Below, piece after piece: positions 60,599-64,000 of a stretch of DNA of 64,000 nt; positions within the stretch are counted from its first letter, which is position 1; the number at the start of each line of letters is the position of its first letter. The stretch lies in assembly GCA_044229845.1 (NCBI GenBank), contig JBGASG010000003.1, positions 288,001 to 352,000 on the forward strand, given 5' to 3'. The notes beneath the pieces were generated by a model that had not been told where the DNA came from, made no database searches, and worked only from the letters and a program-made list of their open reading frames with translations. The translations under genes and the position numbers were made by a program. This stretch comes from Candidatus Obscuribacteraceae bacterium (GTDB lineage: Bacteria > Cyanobacteriota > Vampirovibrionia > Obscuribacterales > Obscuribacteraceae).

Positions 60599-62697
60599 TA
60601 CTTAGCCACCTCGACATCGCCATTACCGCTCACCATGGAGCGTTTGTGAATCGCAAGCGCCCGGGCCAGGTCTTCGGCGTAAGCGCGATTTGCTGGTTCG
60701 AGAGCAGACGCGATCCGGAATTCAGAGATTGCATCAGCGATGCGACCGGCGGCCAGCATGTTGACGGCCAGGCGGTGGTGCACTTCGCTGTTTTGAAGGA
60801 ACTTAGCGGCCACGCCTTGCAGGATGCTGATGGCTTGGTCGTAGTTCTTGTCGCCTTCGGCTTGCGCAGCTTTCGAAATCGCTTCGGCGACTTGGCTGTT
60901 TGCTGAGTTTGCTGCGTTCGGCTTCTGGGCGGCTTGCTGTTGAGCAGCCAGAGCTTGTTGTTGGCGAGCTTGCTGCTGTTGGGCGGCGATTGCTTGTTGC
61001 TGGGCAGCCACGGCTTGCTGTTGCATCATTTGCTGTTGCGACATTTGCTGCGGCATGGCGCCGGCAGCCGGCATTGACTCGTTGTGCGTGCGCAGACCAT
61101 ACTGGTTGCCGGCCATTTGCATGCCGTTACCGCCTTCGAACACGTTCTTTTGCGGAACGGGCGGCGGGTAGGCAGCTTGTTGCTGCATCGGTTGCTGCTG
61201 TTGCACTTGCGGTTGTTGCATTTGCTGCTGCTGTTGCTGCTGCATTTGCACCATTTGCTGAGAAACGCTTTGTTGCGGCTGAGCGAGTTGGCTGGCCACT
61301 TGATTGACTTGCGGAATCTGCATACCGCGATTCTTCATGCCCGACTGCATTTCGCGCATGCGAGCAGCGGCTTCGCGGTTGTTTTCGGGATCGATAAGCA
61401 CGCAGGTCAGGTAGGCCTGGTAGGCACCTTGGTAGTCGCCATTGGACTCGAGGGTTTCGCCCATCAGGAATTGATACTTGGCGTTGCGGGGCTCCATCAT
61501 CACAGCCTGAGTGATTTCAGCGAGAGCTTCGCGGCGCAGACCTTGACCAAAGAATGTTTCGGCGGCGGCTTTGTGCTTTTCGGCGGAAGCGTGCTGGAGA
61601 GCTTTTTGCAGGCTGGCACGACCGGAAGGCAGACCAGGATGTTTGGGATCGAGAGCTTCCAGTTTGCGGTATTCATTGTCGGCACCAGCGAAGTCGCCGG
61701 TCAATTGCAGGGCGCCAGCCAGACCGAGGTGGTTTTCGGCGAGCAATGGATTTTGTGCCACTTGCCGGCGCCAAATTTCAACCAGTTGTTGACCAGCGGC
61801 GGCATCGCGCGGATCGCAGATGACTGCTTTGCGCAGCGAAGCACCAGCGCCGGTGTAGTCTTTTTGAGCCAGAGCCAGCATGCCCAGTTGGCGATGGGCT
61901 GGTCCGAAGTTGGGATCTTTGATCAGAGCTTGTCTATACCAGTTGGTGGCGGTGGTCAATTGACCATAACGCAGAGCCATATCGCCGACTTTGACGAAAG
62001 TGCGAGCCGTGGGCTCGATTTGCATGGCGGCCTGGTATTCAATAGATGCGCCTTCGAAGTCGCCGACAGCAGCCAGTTGGTCGCCGGTGGCGATTCTGGT
62101 CTCGGCGTTGTTGGGGTCACGACCCATCTTCTTAAGGGCTTCACCGAGCAAACGACCAGCCAGTCCGTTGTCTGGAGCGGCGGCGAGGGCTTGGCGGAAA
62201 AGGTTGGCCGCGGTGTTGAAGTCGCGGGCGTTCAGTCTTTCTTGACCGTAGGCGCAACGCGCTGCCGAAAGGTTGATTTTGTATTGCTTGTTGCTGGGCT
62301 CGTACTTGCAGGCTTCTTCGTGAGCAGCAATCGACTCGGACCAGCGACCTGCTTTTCCGAGTGACACACCTTTATTGTTTTGTTCGAGGGCGTACTGGAC
62401 GCGACGCTTGAAGTTGTCGCCGACGGCTTGTTGTTCTTTGGCTGCCTTTTCTTCAGCCGCTTTCTTAGCTTCTTCAGCAGCTTTCTTCTTTTCGGCTTCG
62501 ACAACACGGTAGTCGGGACGGCGCTGGAATCCGCTCACTACCGGAGCGCTGGTCTGACCTTCTTCGAAATTCTTCAGGTCGCGCTCGCGGGGCAGCGGCT
62601 GGGCGTTCATCTTGGTGGCATGCGCCGGGATGAACATCGTGCCCGAGAGCGTGGTGGCGAGAAGGAGAGTTGCTGCGATGGGTCGAACTTTGTGCAT
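60598..62697 (-). CDS. Exported TPR protein with Gln-rich linker
   Basis: Signal peptide MHKVR...PAHA, 34-aa TPRs, poly-Q tract; stop overlaps the rpoB-like start (TAATG). Confidence 0.9.
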   Translation of the reverse strand: MHKVRPIAATLLLATTLSGTMFIPAHATKMNAQPLPRERDLKNFEEGQTSAPVVSGFQRRPDYRVVEAEKKKAAEEAKKAAEEKAAKEQQAVGDNFKRRVQYALEQNNKGVSLGKAGRWSESIAAHEEACKYEPSNKQYKINLSAARCAYGQERLNARDFNTAANLFRQALAAAPDNGLAGRLLGEALKKMGRDPNNAETRIATGDQLAAVGDFEGASIEYQAAMQIEPTARTFVKVGDMALRYGQLTTATNWYRQALIKDPNFGPAHRQLGMLALAQKDYTGAGASLRKAVICDPRDAAAGQQLVEIWRRQVAQNPLLAENHLGLAGALQLTGDFAGADNEYRKLEALDPKHPGLPSGRASLQKALQHASAEKHKAAAETFFGQGLRREALAEITQAVMMEPRNAKYQFLMGETLESNGDYQGAYQAYLTCVLIDPENNREAAARMREMQSGMKNRGMQIPQVNQVASQLAQPQQSVSQQMVQMQQQQQQQMQQPQVQQQQPMQQQAAYPPPVPQKNVFEGGNGMQMAGNQYGLRTHNESMPAAGAMPQQMSQQQMMQQQAVAAQQQAIAAQQQQARQQQALAAQQQAAQKPNAANSANSQVAEAISKAAQAEGDKNYDQAISILQGVAAKFLQNSEVHHRLAVNMLAAGRIADAISEFRIASALEPANRAYAEDLARALAIHKRSMVSGNGDVEVAK

Positions 62698-62889
62698 CGT
62701 GGTGGAAGAACCGTGCCGGTGGCGAACTGTGAGCACAGCTTAACGATGCGGGGGGTATGCGGTCTATTGGGGTTTGTCCCACGGCATTCGTAAATCTCCC
62801 ATGCCGGATAAAATCGCGCCCCATGGGCGTTCACCCGCCGTTTTGAGTTGCGTAAAAACCGCAAGATTTCGCGTGTCGGGATGACAGAC

Positions 62890-63999
62890 TTAGCGCAAGG
62901 TCTGCAAAACGGTCGGGCGAGCCAGAACAGTGTCAGATCCAAATGGCTGTTGTTTGTTTCGTACGTCGACTGTAGGCAGAGGCGGGACCAGGTGGTTATT
63001 TTCTTCATCGCAAGCGAACCCGGCCATGTGTTGAGCATCGAACACAGGTTCTGCATATCGGGGCTCGCTTGTTTCCTCCCCTACCAGAACCGGGTGGGAC
63101 ATGGTCTTGGTCATAGCGTATTCGATATCTGCCATGGACATCGCGGGTGCAGGTGGACAGGTTCCTGGGTCCGGCACGTTTGCTTCTCTAGTTTTAAGAG
63201 CTGATGGAGTAGTGATAGCCGGTAAATTAGAAACAGGGTCAGCCTGTCTTTCAGGGAAAGCGTCTTGCTCATAGTTCTGGTTAGGACTCCACCCCACCAG
63301 TGCCGGCACGATCGACGCGCTGGCGTCGGCGGGCAGACCCTTCCCATGTTCAGGCATAAAACCGTGAATAGGCTGGCGGTCGTGAGCAATGAGCTGGTAG
63401 GGGTCGGCCATCGCCGAGGGCTTGCCGGACGGCGCCGGGGTGACAGGCTGGGGCGGCGTCGGGGTGTTTTCCTGCTCTTCGATTTGCTGGCGCAGCTGTT
63501 CCAGGGTACTGGTCAACGCCTGCTTCGCCGCAGACACGCGCATACCAAAATACATGCGGAAGTCCATGCCGCTGAGACCGGGAGTGCGACCCGCCTTCAT
63601 GTTCCAGATGGGCTCAGCGCGAGCAAAGACTTGGAAGCCGGGAATTTGTCTGAACAGTCTGCGAGCAATCTCGAAATCAGAGATCATAGTGTAATTATTC
63701 TTGGGGATGGTGGCATGTTCGCGAAATGGTTCGCGGAAGTTCTGCACGAAGGTGGAGGTGGCCGAGAACGTCCATCCACCACGTTGATGCACCATACCCC
63801 AAGTGTAAAAGGGGTCTATTTCCCGGTTTGGAGATTTGAAATAGCCGGTGCCGCGCAACTGCAAGAGACAATTGGCAAACACCACCGTATTTGGTGGCGT
63901 AGTCAGAACGCGAGTAGCGGTGATGCCGGGCAAAAAGTCGAACAATGGCAGCTGATTGGTCTGCCAGAGATCGCGGAACTGCATTTCGACTTGAACGTT
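62890..63999 (-). CDS. Partial hypothetical protein; possible outer-membrane beta-barrel segment followed by a low-complexity tail
   Basis: Frame is open to the window edge; alternating aromatic beta-strands (WTFSATSTF, FQVFARAE, FRMYFGMRVS). Confidence 0.6.
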   Translation of the reverse strand, partial: NVQVEMQFRDLWQTNQLPLFDFLPGITATRVLTTPPNTVVFANCLLQLRGTGYFKSPNREIDPFYTWGMVHQRGGWTFSATSTFVQNFREPFREHATIPKNNYTMISDFEIARRLFRQIPGFQVFARAEPIWNMKAGRTPGLSGMDFRMYFGMRVSAAKQALTSTLEQLRQQIEEQENTPTPPQPVTPAPSGKPSAMADPYQLIAHDRQPIHGFMPEHGKGLPADASASIVPALVGWSPNQNYEQDAFPERQADPVSNLPAITTPSALKTREANVPDPGTCPPAPAMSMADIEYAMTKTMSHPVLVGEETSEPRYAEPVFDAQHMAGFACDEENNHLVPPLPTVDVRNKQQPFGSDTVLARPTVLQTLR

Positions 64000-64000
64000 C

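Overview
This looks like a bacterial chromosomal window. The cyanobacterial-type RpoB, the intein-bearing DnaB and the many exported TPR proteins suggest a non-photosynthetic relative of Cyanobacteria (Melainabacteria/Vampirovibrionia); this taxonomy is an inference. About 1-35 kb is intact housekeeping and envelope genes: trxB, CHAD, glycosyltransferases, sixA, fur, rhomboid-TPR, dipeptide epimerase, D-amino-acid transaminase, grpE-dnaJ, a two-component pair, dnaB with a LAGLIDADG intein, acs, and folC fused to beta-sandwich repeats. About 35.2-50.3 kb is a decaying polymorphic-toxin island. It holds a frameshift-split, exported C39-peptidase/RHS gene whose YD shell carries seven inserted ~95-aa domains, an internally deleted IS110, an orphan RHS toxin/immunity cassette, a third RHS relic, and a frameshifted IS66 bracketed by a 91-bp perfect inverted repeat. 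The most striking feature is at 53.5-64 kb. A highly divergent, full-length RNA polymerase beta subunit (RpoB) sits outside any rplL-rpoB-rpoC context. It keeps the catalytic-centre residues, has remodelled fork-loop-2, CRE-pocket and flap-tip surfaces, and carries a ~247-aa acidic tail. It is translationally coupled to an exported TPR protein and followed by a Gly-rich repeat membrane protein, a secreted protein and a Replic_Relax-like protein. This is a candidate alternative-RNA-polymerase system. I saw no rRNA, tRNA or CRISPR array. All family assignments are from motif recognition by eye, not database searches.
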